Part shown: positions 17,892-29,129 of the stretch, one piece after another
Position numbering within the stretch: the stretch's first letter is position 1
How the letters are laid out: every line of letters begins with the position of its first letter
DNA from: a virus
Lineage: Duplodnaviria; Caudoviricetes
IMG/VR virus record: IMGVR_UViG_3300005931_000046
Span: 1-32,756 of that record
Length of the DNA stretch: 32,756 bases
Direction: 5' to 3' (one strand)
Position numbers and translations under genes: made by a program
Notes under the pieces: model-generated
The model's input: only the letters and a program-made list of their open reading frames with translations
The model's database searches: none
Told to the model about the DNA's origin: nothing

Positions 17892-19465
17892 TGAACCTAT
17901 CAGGAACACTATCCTCAGACTACATGAAGCTGGCAGAGATCCCTGTCAATAAGAGACCTTCGTTAATCAACTTTGCTGCAACGGATTTCGTCTCCCTAAG
18001 GGACTCCCTCATCCAGTATGCTAAAGCGGTATACCCACTAGAGTACCAGTACTTTGTTGAGTCTGATCTAGGTCTAATGTTCCTAGAGATGATTGCCTAC
18101 ATGGGTTCTGTCATGTCCCTCAAAGCGGATATGCTAGCCAACGAAAACTTCCTCTCCACAGCTAACCAGCGTTCTAGCGTCAAGAAACTCCTAGAGCTAA
18201 TTGGTGTACGCATGAGGGGGCCACTATCGGCTGCTGCTGATGTCGAGGTTTCTCTTAGCCAAACTCCAGGGGGAGGAACTTGGACTATCTCTCAAGAAAA
18301 TAGGGTCATCACAGTTACTTCTCCTGAAGATGGGGGCCAAGTAAGCTACACACTCTATCAGGTAGAGAACGGACTGGTTACTGATCTAGACACCAACGCT
18401 AACGCTGATCTAGAGATCACTACAAATGGAAGGCTCTATACTGATCTGGCTATCCAAGAGGGTGCTTTAGTAACCGACTCAGGTGATTTTGCTGCTACCG
18501 AAGGGGTTAGAACTATTCAACTAACTACTGCTCCTGTTATCGAGGGCAGCGTACAAGTCTTTATCGACTCAAGCGAGGCTACTGTAAACGGAGCCTTTCA
18601 TGAAGTAGATAATCTCTACTTTGCTTCAGGCATATCAGATAAGATCTTCGAGATCGTATACGATGATGATTTCGGAGCCACCGTAGTCTTCGGTGACGGC
18701 ACCACTGGTATCTCCCCAGATGACTCAGCCTCTTACCTAGTTACTTACAGGATTGGGGGTGGATCTAGAGGTAACCTTCTAAAGGAGTCTATTAATACTG
18801 CTATCGAGATTAACGCTGGGGTAGGCATTACCGCTACCCTGACTAACGTTACTCCTGCCGTGGGAGGAGCCAATGCGGAATCAATTCAGAACGCTAAGAA
18901 GTATGCGCCCCTTACCTTCCGTAGACAGGACCGACTAGTTACTCTTCAAGACTACTCAGTCTTCGCAAACACATTCATTAGCAATTGGGGAACCGTTGGC
19001 AAGGCTAGAGCAGCTACAAGACGAGCTTACGCTTCCGCTAATACCATCGACATCTATGTGCTAGAGAAGGCTTCTGATCTACAGCTACAGAAGGCTACTC
19101 CCAACTTTAAAACTAATTTGCTAGAAGCTATTAGCTCTAAGAAGATGGCTACTGATGAAGTTGTCATTGTAGATGGACTGATTAGAACAATCGATCTGGT
19201 CACTACCATTAAGATTGACGAGGAGCAGAAACCTCACCAGAACGAGATCATCTCCAAGGTTAGAGAGAAGATCCTTAATTACATGGGTGCTGATAACAGA
19301 AGCTTCGGCCAAGCACTAGAAGTATCCGATATCAACAGGAAGATCTTTGAGGTAGACGCTGTTCGTTACTCTACTCTAAACAACCTAGATCAGGACGTAC
19401 TAGTAGACTTCAATGAGATCATCCAACTAAACAACCTTACAATTAACGTAGAGCTTCTCTCCTAA
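17891..19465 (+). CDS. Baseplate wedge subunit (T4 gp6 / P2 gpJ-like)
   Basis: DFVSLRDSL, ENFLSTANQRSSV, VVFGDGTTG, YRIGGGSRGN and GGANAES...QDRLVTLQDY motifs. Confidence 0.92.
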   Translation: MNLSGTLSSDYMKLAEIPVNKRPSLINFAATDFVSLRDSLIQYAKAVYPLEYQYFVESDLGLMFLEMIAYMGSVMSLKADMLANENFLSTANQRSSVKKLLELIGVRMRGPLSAAADVEVSLSQTPGGGTWTISQENRVITVTSPEDGGQVSYTLYQVENGLVTDLDTNANADLEITTNGRLYTDLAIQEGALVTDSGDFAATEGVRTIQLTTAPVIEGSVQVFIDSSEATVNGAFHEVDNLYFASGISDKIFEIVYDDDFGATVVFGDGTTGISPDDSASYLVTYRIGGGSRGNLLKESINTAIEINAGVGITATLTNVTPAVGGANAESIQNAKKYAPLTFRRQDRLVTLQDYSVFANTFISNWGTVGKARAATRRAYASANTIDIYVLEKASDLQLQKATPNFKTNLLEAISSKKMATDEVVIVDGLIRTIDLVTTIKIDEEQKPHQNEIISKVREKILNYMGADNRSFGQALEVSDINRKIFEVDAVRYSTLNNLDQDVLVDFNEIIQLNNLTINVELLS

Positions 19466-22400
19466 TGTCTGAAGAATACACTCCATCTCCAAGAACGTAT
19501 ACGAGGACCAACTTCGTAGAACTCTTACAGCTTATTACCCCAGAGGTATACAAGACTGAAGACCTAGCTCTGAGTGGAGTGGAGACTAATCCATTCTCTA
19601 ACATCATCAACGCTCATGTGCAGGCAGCTAATAGCATTAGTACTGTCCTGCCTATGTCCTCTGTTATAGGGACACAGGTTTCAGCAATCAATACCTTGGA
19701 AGGTATCTCACAGTACTTCGTCAAGCAGAACAAGCTAACGAACCTCAACCCCTTCCAATTCGAAACCAAGATTCTGATTCCTCTAGGGCAGACTCTATCC
19801 AACTTCGATACTAGCGCAGAGTTCCAAAGCTACCTATCGGGTACTCTTCTCCCCTCTATCGTAGTCCCCACACCCACAGATAACTCAGTCCTTGAAGCTA
19901 ACTTCAGTACCCTATCCAGTCTAACTAATGATTCCCTGGGAGCCAGTAGCGTACATGAGTACCTAGCTGATGTCTTGGGTTGGTTCTACTTCCTAAACAC
20001 TTCAGCTAATGGCAGCTTGGCCTGGGAGCCCTCTGGCTATGTAACGTCTTCTCTAACTCGTCTGTACACGGGAGACACCCTAGAGACTGCTGATGGAGTA
20101 CGAGGATTCACAGAACACATTTGGAGGAACTATGACGTATGCTCCTTCTTCGAAGACAGTGCTCTGATTCCTGAGTCCTATGTTTCAGCAACCTCAGATA
20201 GGCTACACACCTACCTCAGTGGAACTCAAAAGCTAAGTAATCTCCTCAGCTTTGTAGATGCAGTTTACTCTAAACTGCATATGGATAAGACAGACTTCAG
20301 AGTAAAGACTGCATTCCAAGACTACATTGATGCTCAAACTACTCTAGAGGATACGGTAAACAAGGGTCCACTACAGAAGTTCCAAACTATGATGGCTCTC
20401 GGTATGGCAGACTATACTGATGCTGTCGAGAACATTGGTTTGATTTATGACATCAACCAAGTAAAGGATGAGCACTTAGAGTACATCGCTGAACTCATTG
20501 GCTGGAGGCTTAGAGGAGAGTCCCCTGCTAAGTGGAGACATCAGCTTCGTAACGCAGTAGATATCTACAAGAAGTCTGGTACGCTAGCCGCAGTACAGAC
20601 AGCCATTAATACACTCATCGTAGATTCAGTCTTCGATGTATCGGGACAGGTACAAGAGTTGTGGGAGTCCTACATCCCCTTCTTAATCTGGTACGCTCTA
20701 GGAACTGAGTCCGAGTACTTCCAGAACCTAGAGACTTGGACTAAAGATAAGGCACAGATAGCGGGGATGGAGAGGTACAGTACAAGCTCTCTGGAAGAGA
20801 ACCTAAAGCTCGTCACTGATTTTATCCTCCTAGACCTATACAAACTATTTCCCGAAAACTTCATCTTCAATAACAAGAAGTGGGATCCACCAAGGTTCTA
20901 CACCCTAGACAAGTTCGGATGCACAGAGGACTTGTACACTATACTAGGGGAGGATGGGATGTTGCCCTTCCACCTTCACAAGCCCACAGATAAGGGTTTC
21001 CAAGCATACAAGCAAGATGCTAAAGTCTTTGATGAGGAGGATCAGTTTGACGCTGCTCTAACCTATGGCCCTCTAGGCTATGGGGTCTACATGGCTGGAT
21101 TGAATCACCCAGGAGCAGGTAATAGACCAATCTATCTTTCCGCTACTGGCGACATGAACTTTGTCTTCAACTACAGAGGACACCTCAATTATCCAGTACC
21201 TCCATTCGAAGAAGTAAAGTACTTCAGGGATTCCTCTGTCACAGCAGATCTAGTCGAGGCTCTAGTAGAGAAGCTTAAGTGCTTCGGAGTAAGAGAAGCT
21301 TTCGCTGACCAAGTAGGCACCTTCATTGTGGATGAGGGAGTAACCTCAGACACTAACCTAGGTAGTCTTAATGAGTTCCTACTCCTGTTTAGCTCTTGTC
21401 AGGTAGCTCCTAACTACGACTCAGTAATGCTTAGTCATTCCAACTACGAGAAAAATCTTCTCAACCTATGGAATGGCAAGTCCTCACACCTCTTCATTGA
21501 TTTCGATAACACTGATTTCGATTTTGCTAAGACCACTTTCGAAGGAGACTCTAGGTACGCTCTTTATGAGGCTGCTAGGGTAGGAAAGGAGTTTGCACCA
21601 GGCCACGCTATTGTACGCACCAACCTCAATGCCAGTGCTGAAGAGTTTGCTTATGATTACTCTGGAGTTGATTGGGATTATCTGGGGATAAATCATGACG
21701 ATGATCGTGGGGCCTTAGGAGAGGGAACGGTTCTAGCCAACTTTGAATCTAGCTCCGCTAAGATGAGGATCCTTGCGGGGGGTGGAGACCAGGGGGATCT
21801 AGATTGGCAGAGTGGTAGAGGTGGACTCAACACTTTCAAGAGGAATATGGTAGATAATATTGCCGATACCTTTGCTTTCGATCTTCCTGCTTCTACTGAG
21901 AACCTTAATACTCTAGTGAATAGGAAGGCATTGCGTAGAAGGAACTACAGGTTCACTCTTCCCAAGGAAGGGTACTACGATAGAACAGGGTTCAATGGTC
22001 CTACCTCCTGGGACGCTTCTACGGCAGAGCATTCCTACGTTAGTGGGATTGGAGAACTTACTCTAGGGTATGTTGCATCAGCAGGAAAGTTCCACCCAGT
22101 AGCGGATCCTGTAGAGCCAACCGGAATCTGGCACTTCTGCGAGGGGCTTGCTTCCACCAGAACCTTCTCTGGGATTGACACCTCTACTACCTTCCCCTAC
22201 AGAGGGTTAAGCTCTGTAGCCCTGAATAACAATTCTAAAATCCCTGAGCTTTCAGCCTCGGCCACGCAGTACGTTGACAGGTGCCAAACCCCCCCCGTGT
22301 ACCTAGTGGCCCACAGCCTATTCGAGCAGAAAGCCAGAGACCATGCTGCTGAGGCTATCAAAGTAGATAGCTCAAGCTTTGATCTTGACGGGTACTGGAA

Positions 22401-23871
22401 AGACAACATCCAAAGCTATGCTAACCAGGCTATTGCAAGTGGTCTAGTCATCAACTCCTACGACGACTACATTAACTTCAGTTTCCAATCAGGACTGCAC
22501 AAGCTACATCGAGACTACTATAGACACCTAGGTAGACACACTCTTAGCGTAGCTGATATGGCTAAGACCGCTAACATCTTCGGCCATGTATTCGGCAAGG
22601 GTCTGTACAATTGTGATTTTGCTCTAGCTGGATCAGCAGGAACTACATTCATTGCTTCTAGTTTCGCAGACTCAACCTCAATTGTAACTAGTTCCACTGG
22701 TGCGTTCATTGCTAGTGACGCTGGGGATATGGTAGTACCAGTCACAGGTAAGTTCATAGAGGGCAGCGCCTTCTCTGCTGAGTTCAGAAACCCCCACATC
22801 CTTAGTGGAGTAGAGTTTGTACAGCCCTCAGGAATTCCTGAAGGTAGCGAGTTCAGAGTCTTCAAGGCAGACAAAAGCTTCAGGACTCAAGGAGGGGAGA
22901 ACTACCTAATTGAGAACACCGTCATTAAATCTAAGTCCACCCAGGGGCTAGCTAGAATCCGTTTCGATCTAAGTGCCTATGGAGACAGAATCAACCACCT
23001 CATTAAGGATCATAAGTTTTCTCTAAACATTAGATCCCTAGTTGGAGATGAGATTCGTAACGAGCTAGGAGGAGGCAGCGTAGGGGTATGGATCCATACA
23101 GATACTCTAGAGCCAACCTCTAACCTAATGTGGTCTTGGACTCCTAGTAACAAGTGGGTTCTTCACGAAGAGAGCGCATTAGATACGGCCCTGGTGCTAA
23201 ACCAGCTAGCCCACATCAAGACCTTCCCCATCTCCTCTCCAGCAGAAGGAAGTAAGTGCCTGCATGACCTACTCTCTCCTAATCCAATCAATAACGTCAA
23301 GCTATCTGAGGTTAGAGAGGAGTACTTCGAGGACTTCACGGTAGACTTCGACACAAGGAACTACACCATCCACAACAACTTCGAGTACTTGGATATCATC
23401 CCTGTACCGGAAAAGTATTACAAGAACAAGGATCTAGTTCACCTACAGGAGTTCACTCCTACAAACTACATCGTTGAGGTCTTCTTTGTACCCAACGATA
23501 ACAGCAGCAAGTACCTCCTGATTGACGAGGTTCAGCTAACAGATAGTACCCTGAGAGATTGGGCTGCTATTGGTACGGGTCATGGTATTGAGACTAATGG
23601 TACACCCCTACGCAGATTTGTTGCGGAAGATAAACTTTATCTCACGAAAGAGGAGCTACGACAGGTACTTAAGTTCTATAATGCACTAATGGGACAAGGT
23701 ACTGGAATCTATGCAACTACTCTAGCCTCAAGAGATGCAGCTATTACGGCTGATATCATGGAGCAGTCTGGAGGTAGTAGACTTAACTATCGTCTCTTCC
23801 CTGAGTGGACTATCTTCTCCAAGTATGGGACAGACAACCAAACATATGAATCACTGGAGTTCGATAACTAA
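19465..23871 (+). CDS. Large baseplate wedge protein (T4 gp7 / P2 gpI-like core), 1468 aa
   Basis: YDINQVKDEHLEYIAELIGW...RHQLRNAVDIYKKSGT (gpI-like core) and later 'FAPGHA' (P.H motif); follows the gp6-like gene. Confidence 0.75.
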   Translation: MSEEYTPSPRTYTRTNFVELLQLITPEVYKTEDLALSGVETNPFSNIINAHVQAANSISTVLPMSSVIGTQVSAINTLEGISQYFVKQNKLTNLNPFQFETKILIPLGQTLSNFDTSAEFQSYLSGTLLPSIVVPTPTDNSVLEANFSTLSSLTNDSLGASSVHEYLADVLGWFYFLNTSANGSLAWEPSGYVTSSLTRLYTGDTLETADGVRGFTEHIWRNYDVCSFFEDSALIPESYVSATSDRLHTYLSGTQKLSNLLSFVDAVYSKLHMDKTDFRVKTAFQDYIDAQTTLEDTVNKGPLQKFQTMMALGMADYTDAVENIGLIYDINQVKDEHLEYIAELIGWRLRGESPAKWRHQLRNAVDIYKKSGTLAAVQTAINTLIVDSVFDVSGQVQELWESYIPFLIWYALGTESEYFQNLETWTKDKAQIAGMERYSTSSLEENLKLVTDFILLDLYKLFPENFIFNNKKWDPPRFYTLDKFGCTEDLYTILGEDGMLPFHLHKPTDKGFQAYKQDAKVFDEEDQFDAALTYGPLGYGVYMAGLNHPGAGNRPIYLSATGDMNFVFNYRGHLNYPVPPFEEVKYFRDSSVTADLVEALVEKLKCFGVREAFADQVGTFIVDEGVTSDTNLGSLNEFLLLFSSCQVAPNYDSVMLSHSNYEKNLLNLWNGKSSHLFIDFDNTDFDFAKTTFEGDSRYALYEAARVGKEFAPGHAIVRTNLNASAEEFAYDYSGVDWDYLGINHDDDRGALGEGTVLANFESSSAKMRILAGGGDQGDLDWQSGRGGLNTFKRNMVDNIADTFAFDLPASTENLNTLVNRKALRRRNYRFTLPKEGYYDRTGFNGPTSWDASTAEHSYVSGIGELTLGYVASAGKFHPVADPVEPTGIWHFCEGLASTRTFSGIDTSTTFPYRGLSSVALNNNSKIPELSASATQYVDRCQTPPVYLVAHSLFEQKARDHAAEAIKVDSSSFDLDGYWKDNIQSYANQAIASGLVINSYDDYINFSFQSGLHKLHRDYYRHLGRHTLSVADMAKTANIFGHVFGKGLYNCDFALAGSAGTTFIASSFADSTSIVTSSTGAFIASDAGDMVVPVTGKFIEGSAFSAEFRNPHILSGVEFVQPSGIPEGSEFRVFKADKSFRTQGGENYLIENTVIKSKSTQGLARIRFDLSAYGDRINHLIKDHKFSLNIRSLVGDEIRNELGGGSVGVWIHTDTLEPTSNLMWSWTPSNKWVLHEESALDTALVLNQLAHIKTFPISSPAEGSKCLHDLLSPNPINNVKLSEVREEYFEDFTVDFDTRNYTIHNNFEYLDIIPVPEKYYKNKDLVHLQEFTPTNYIVEVFFVPNDNSSKYLLIDEVQLTDSTLRDWAAIGTGHGIETNGTPLRRFVAEDKLYLTKEELRQVLKFYNALMGQGTGIYATTLASRDAAITADIMEQSGGSRLNYRLFPEWTIFSKYGTDNQTYESLEFDN

Positions 23872-24938
23872 TGAGAGGTGAAGTAGAAGTATGGATGGGA
23901 GACAAGCTCATTGCCAAGGAAACCAACCTAATCGTAAACGGTGCTGGTAAGACTATTGCTGACATGATGACCGTTAGCCCTTCCCTTTCTGGGATTGCAG
24001 ATCTGGCTACATCGTCTCTACTGGATACGTCCAACTACTATGTCCAAGCTATCTCTTTTGGTACAGGCTCAGAAGCCTTCCAAGATAACGCTCACGCCTT
24101 AGACGATACGGGATTGTATGGAGTCATTGTACCCTCTACCCACATCAATGCAGGAACAAGTATCGTTAGGTTCCCTTTTGATACTACCACAAGTTCCTAC
24201 GTCCCCAGGGCTGGATTGCCAGAGGAGCCTAGTCCTGAAAGCACCAGACTAGAAATGAGGACTACTAGTGTTGCTGCTGAGATCTCAGGAATTAGTGTTA
24301 GCTCTGTCTTCCCCGGTAATGGACAGCACGTTAACTTCCTTAATGCTGATATTGCTAGCTCCATCTGTGCAGGAACCGTTTTCTCAAATACCACATCGGC
24401 ATATGTAGTAGGGTCCGTTATGGGAGGCTTCCCAGACGACACCGGATCCGAATATGCTGTTTATGGATACCTCTCAGGAACTCCAGCTTCCCCTACACTA
24501 ATAGGAATCTTTACCCCCAGTGGTACATTTAATGCTGCTGGAGTTAGTAGTATGGATGTCTCTGGGTTTGTCACTCACAAGTATGATGAGAACAACTCTC
24601 AACTAGGGCTGATTAGCACAGCTATCGATGGGGATGGAAGCATTGGAGTACAGTACGAAGTGCAGCTAGGCCCAGGTGATATGCAGCTAGCCAATATGTA
24701 CGGAGGAATTTACCACATTGGGCTGTGGACTATCGATAACGAAGCCACTCTTCTCAATGGTAATACTCCCCCTTATTCGTTCAGTGTACTAAATAATCCT
24801 AGGAAGTATAGACTCTTTGCTCGCAAGGGATTCACAGTAGATCTCACCTCATACGAGGACGACGGTACGGCAGAAGGATTCAAGAGCTACGGAAGTGGCA
24901 ACAACCTAACTATCAAGTGGAACATACGATTCAGCTAA
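23871..24938 (+). CDS. Baseplate peripheral / fibre-attachment protein (paralogue A)
   Basis: NLIVNG, ISFGTG, IYHIGLW, LFARK and LTIKWNIRF motifs resemble tail-collar / fibre-anchor (gp8-like) proteins. Confidence 0.55.
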   Translation: MRGEVEVWMGDKLIAKETNLIVNGAGKTIADMMTVSPSLSGIADLATSSLLDTSNYYVQAISFGTGSEAFQDNAHALDDTGLYGVIVPSTHINAGTSIVRFPFDTTTSSYVPRAGLPEEPSPESTRLEMRTTSVAAEISGISVSSVFPGNGQHVNFLNADIASSICAGTVFSNTTSAYVVGSVMGGFPDDTGSEYAVYGYLSGTPASPTLIGIFTPSGTFNAAGVSSMDVSGFVTHKYDENNSQLGLISTAIDGDGSIGVQYEVQLGPGDMQLANMYGGIYHIGLWTIDNEATLLNGNTPPYSFSVLNNPRKYRLFARKGFTVDLTSYEDDGTAEGFKSYGSGNNLTIKWNIRFS

Positions 24939-24939
24939 A

Positions 24940-25542
24940 ATGAATTTCATCGAAGACAAAGGCATCACAGGACACCTCAAGATCTCCAAGCGTTATGCTA
25001 ATGGAGAGGAAGAGGTAGTTCTCGATGATAGCAACATTATTGTTTCCGGTATGGGAGAAAGCCTAAGTTATCTCTTTACCGCATCTGGATCAGAGTTTGT
25101 ACTCGACCACCAAATTGGAAGATTCCAAGTAGGTGTTTCCGGTCCCCCTGCTGGTGGAGTAGTAAGCTCTATCAACCAACTATCCGGTTCCCTTACCTCT
25201 ATTGATGAGTACGGGACGGGAAGTAACCTCCTAGTGGGGTTGGACAACCAACTAGTTAATGGAGCAGCCGTAACAGATCAAACGTTTGCCATCATCCCAG
25301 CTAGCAAGATTACCAGAATTGGAGATAGCTCTGTCAGGTACACCTTGGTTATAGATGAGGAAGCTTGTAATGGATTGCAGAGAGCAGGCATTGATGCACC
25401 TATCAGCGAAGTAGGACTCTTCACCAATAACCCATCTGGGGCAGCCAAGGTTTCTGCTCTACTAGTTGCTTATCGAACCTTCAGTAAAATCTTTAAGACA
25501 AGTGATTTTTCTATTATATTTCGCTGGACCATTAACTTCTAA
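24940..25542 (+). CDS. Baseplate peripheral / fibre-attachment protein (paralogue B)
   Basis: NIIVSG, ISEVGLF and LVAYRTFSKIFKTSDFSIIFRWTINF motifs. Confidence 0.6.
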   Translation: MNFIEDKGITGHLKISKRYANGEEEVVLDDSNIIVSGMGESLSYLFTASGSEFVLDHQIGRFQVGVSGPPAGGVVSSINQLSGSLTSIDEYGTGSNLLVGLDNQLVNGAAVTDQTFAIIPASKITRIGDSSVRYTLVIDEEACNGLQRAGIDAPISEVGLFTNNPSGAAKVSALLVAYRTFSKIFKTSDFSIIFRWTINF

Positions 25543-25544
25543 TC

Positions 25545-28500
25545 ATGGCATTCAAAAGAGAAGATCAATACGCAGCTAGCGGTAGCACAAAGCTCTGGAA
25601 CGCATGGACTCCATACGTTAGTAAGTTCGATACATCCTCCTTCTACAACTGGGAGCAGGACAACCTACCTCTGTACGACCTAGAGGAAAGAACTTATGAA
25701 GCATGGGAGCAGCTTGGATTCCCAACTTCCTCTGTTCCAGGCATGGCCCTTACCGTATCTGCTGATGCTGGTAACACCGTGGAAGGACAGGCCCAACTCC
25801 TAGCTGAGAGCACGCTCTTTACTGATGTTAGTTCAGCCATCGCTGCTATCCCTAAGGTAGTACGCTTTCCTGTTTTAGTTGAGGTAGGAAGCTTCGGTGA
25901 TCTAGGTAACATGGAACTCCACAACTTCCGTATTGAGGAAGGTGGCTCCATTGAGATTATCAACAGAAACGCAAGTAAGTTCTACTCTGCCTCTTCTACA
26001 GTCAACAATGTTGCCGCTGGATCCGTCTATAACTCCAGCCACGATCTTATCAAGAGGGTAGACTCTCTGGATCTAAGCAATACTTTCACAAACGCTTCCT
26101 GTGTTCACTTAGGACTATCCCTTCTGAGCGGAACTGATGATTCTAGATTCGGAACAGGCTATGCTTTTGCACACCCACAACACACCCTAAGAAGGGGTAC
26201 AGTTGCCTTCGGATATAGTGTTGGTACTCTAGATGGGAACATCTTTGATTGGAGTCTATACGAGAACACCGCAGGAGGGGCCACATATAATGATGATACC
26301 TTACCCAGCTATGACACTTCTACTTACGATGCACTCAATAATGACTACCCTACTAGGGGCCAAGTAGATAGTTCCGATAGCGTCAAGGGAGTTGTCTATA
26401 ACAATGTAGCTAGAAAAATTAGCATCAAGAACTGTGACGGTCCCATCTACATTAGGGGGTTCGTTGTCGATGGAAACATTACCTCTGTAGATGATGGCAT
26501 CTCAGTTATCAACTCTGATGTTGTCTTGGAAAACTGTGCTGCGATGCGCTGTAACGAAGCTGGATTCAAGTTCCATAACTCTAAGGTTACGCTTTCTAGA
26601 ACAGCCTGTTCCTACAGAAACTACAAGTTAACTGATAGTGCTACTAGAGCAGAGGAGACAGGGGTAGGATTCCACGCTGTCAACAGTGAGGTTACTGTTA
26701 GTGCTCTACTACAGCCAATTCTTTCTCTTGATGGCCCCGCTGATTTCGGCGCCTCTGGTGTAGACGTAGCTGTAATGGCTTCCCGTAACTACCTAGGCTT
26801 CCTACTGGAGAACTCCAAGCTAGTAGGTGGATACCGTAGAGACTCAGCCATCAATGAGACAACAGGGGGACTACTCCTATCAGAACTGAACTATGGCGCA
26901 GGACTAGAAGCCATCAATTCTCAGATCAATCTCAAAGGACAAATAGATTTCTATGGTAACGCTAGAGGGCTAGACCTACTTGGTACTACTGTTAGAACAG
27001 AGAACCTCTGCGTAGACTTCACTAACACTGAGGCCCTTAGAGCAGCTAACTCCCGTGTTGAATTCGATTCAGTAGTTAGCCCAGCCCAAGCTGGTCAAGC
27101 CTCTAGAGCACAGTTTGAGTTTAGTAAGAACGGACAACATATCCTCCTTAGGAATCAGAGTGAAGTTACCTTCCGTAGGAAGAACCACCTTCCTGCTATA
27201 TATGGAAACAGCTTCTTCCTAAGTTCTTTCGGAACTATTACTTGGGATGGAGCTAACAGGAATAACCTTCCCGGCGTTTCCGTTGAGGATCAGTCCACCA
27301 TTGAGCTAATCCACCCTAAGATGGTTGCTCACGATTCTGTTGTTAGGAATTCTGCTGACTACGGGCAAATACTAAGAGCAGTAAACGGATCCAAAGCTAG
27401 CCTATTCGGTACTGCCGCTGGTTGTAACTTTGTTTGGGGACCAAGAACCTATAACAGGCAACAGTTCGCCGCTGGTCTATATGCTGGTAGAGGTTCGGAA
27501 CTAAACCTTCACGGTCCTACAGTTATCGCTCAGTATGGTATCGATGCTCTAGTTGAAGACAACTCAGTAATTAATATCGAGCCACACAGAAGTAGGTCAG
27601 GATACGGTCTAGAAGTAAGTGCCTTTGATCTCAGTGCCCAAGCTAACCACACTAGCGTAGAGCTTCACTCAACCAGAGCGTGCCTTGTAGCTAACCGTAA
27701 CTCAGTTATCAACCTACAGGATCTAGGTTCCTACACTCTTCACTGGCCTCGTACAGGAAGAGGAGGTAACCTCCTGGCTGCTGGGGCAGACTACAACCTG
27801 GGTTCAACAGGATATGCCTCTAGTGGACTTACCGCTTATGGCTCCCTACAGTTCTTCCCCAACCCATCTGATTCAAAAATCGTTACTCAGAATGATCTAG
27901 ATGATCTCATCTCTGGTGGAGTAGCTGCTAGCGTCCCAGACTTTCCTGTCTTTACTGCTGCTACCGACATGAACACCTTCCTAGTAACTGACGATCCCAT
28001 TGGTGGATCAACAGACACAGCTACTAGAGGACTTGCTTCGTTGGGTGGAGTTTGTCTAAGAGCCGCAGGAGATAGTGTTGTAAACGTAAACAATGTACAC
28101 TTCCCCACTGGCAACAACGGTGGATTCATGGACGGTCTCTTCTACGATGCTAGTGGAGATAACTGTCACCAGCTAATGATTTGGAACCTAGCGGACACCT
28201 CAAAGCTGAACGCCTCCTTCCTATCTGTTAGTGGAATGTACCCAGGCAACTCAACCTATCACGGACCAAGTGCTATGTACGTTTCCTCCAACACCCTTGG
28301 ATCAAACGATACGGAATACGTTGCTGCCTCTGGAGCCCCCTCCTCTACACCTGATACTGGAACCCTATCTGTCCTAGACCCTTTCGGTGCTGGTTCTGCT
28401 GTGGGTATCTGGAACCTTCCTGTAGGAGCAACGATCAACTCTCCCTTCAAGAGATATCATCCAATAACAGAAGCCTTCAACGAAGCTACCCCTAGTGCTC

Positions 28501-29129
28501 TAGCTGGAGCAGGAGTTATCGTTAGTGCTAACGCTGCTATGCCCTTTGGATTTGATGGAAGTGGTTCCAACACTGGTCCCTTCAGAATCTACTGGTCACC
28601 AAAGCCATCCTCTAAATTCCTCGCTGTTGACCTCAGTGGTTATCAGTACGGTGCATGGAAAGGGGAGTACGCAGGAGGAGATGCTTTCTCAGGATATACA
28701 GGTCCAGCGTATCAAATCTTTTCACAGGGCTATAATATGTCGGCACCCGTCTCTGCCCTGCTGTTCGATGATGGCAACTCAGTAAGCTCTGTCTACCCAG
28801 ACCTAGTTAAACTAAGCATTGACTCAGACGGTGATGGCTCTTACGATAAGCTTTGGACCTCAGGCTTCTATTACTGTTCTGAGTTCCTAGACGACGACCC
28901 CCTTCAATGTATGCTAGATGAATCAGCATCAGACGCATTCCAGAACGCTAAGAATGCTTCTACTGGAACCTCTGGCAAGCCTAAAAGGGTAACTATATAC
29001 AGATCAAGAGAAGACGATAGTGGTGACGCTAGCCCCTCTAACAGAGGATCAGAAGCTTACCAAGGGGACAGAGATCATACGGTTGGATTCAAGTCCGCAA
29101 ACATTTTCGATCTTCGGAGAGATAACTAA
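25545..29129 (+). CDS. Tail spike-like protein with right-handed parallel beta-helix (pectate-lyase-like), 1194 aa
   Basis: Capping helix DVSSAIAAIPKVV, then repeats such as GISVINSDVVLEN / GFKFHNSKVTL / GFHAVNSEVTV / GLEAINSQINL; DxDxDG loop (DSDGDGSYD) near the C-terminus. Confidence 0.7.
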   Translation: MAFKREDQYAASGSTKLWNAWTPYVSKFDTSSFYNWEQDNLPLYDLEERTYEAWEQLGFPTSSVPGMALTVSADAGNTVEGQAQLLAESTLFTDVSSAIAAIPKVVRFPVLVEVGSFGDLGNMELHNFRIEEGGSIEIINRNASKFYSASSTVNNVAAGSVYNSSHDLIKRVDSLDLSNTFTNASCVHLGLSLLSGTDDSRFGTGYAFAHPQHTLRRGTVAFGYSVGTLDGNIFDWSLYENTAGGATYNDDTLPSYDTSTYDALNNDYPTRGQVDSSDSVKGVVYNNVARKISIKNCDGPIYIRGFVVDGNITSVDDGISVINSDVVLENCAAMRCNEAGFKFHNSKVTLSRTACSYRNYKLTDSATRAEETGVGFHAVNSEVTVSALLQPILSLDGPADFGASGVDVAVMASRNYLGFLLENSKLVGGYRRDSAINETTGGLLLSELNYGAGLEAINSQINLKGQIDFYGNARGLDLLGTTVRTENLCVDFTNTEALRAANSRVEFDSVVSPAQAGQASRAQFEFSKNGQHILLRNQSEVTFRRKNHLPAIYGNSFFLSSFGTITWDGANRNNLPGVSVEDQSTIELIHPKMVAHDSVVRNSADYGQILRAVNGSKASLFGTAAGCNFVWGPRTYNRQQFAAGLYAGRGSELNLHGPTVIAQYGIDALVEDNSVINIEPHRSRSGYGLEVSAFDLSAQANHTSVELHSTRACLVANRNSVINLQDLGSYTLHWPRTGRGGNLLAAGADYNLGSTGYASSGLTAYGSLQFFPNPSDSKIVTQNDLDDLISGGVAASVPDFPVFTAATDMNTFLVTDDPIGGSTDTATRGLASLGGVCLRAAGDSVVNVNNVHFPTGNNGGFMDGLFYDASGDNCHQLMIWNLADTSKLNASFLSVSGMYPGNSTYHGPSAMYVSSNTLGSNDTEYVAASGAPSSTPDTGTLSVLDPFGAGSAVGIWNLPVGATINSPFKRYHPITEAFNEATPSALAGAGVIVSANAAMPFGFDGSGSNTGPFRIYWSPKPSSKFLAVDLSGYQYGAWKGEYAGGDAFSGYTGPAYQIFSQGYNMSAPVSALLFDDGNSVSSVYPDLVKLSIDSDGDGSYDKLWTSGFYYCSEFLDDDPLQCMLDESASDAFQNAKNASTGTSGKPKRVTIYRSREDDSGDASPSNRGSEAYQGDRDHTVGFKSANIFDLRRDN

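Noticed and set aside
8245-25542. Bacterial extracellular contractile injection system or tailocin
   Set aside because: Interspersed primase, UvsW helicase, nuclease and gp26-like genes, plus the absence of host genes, indicate a phage genome.
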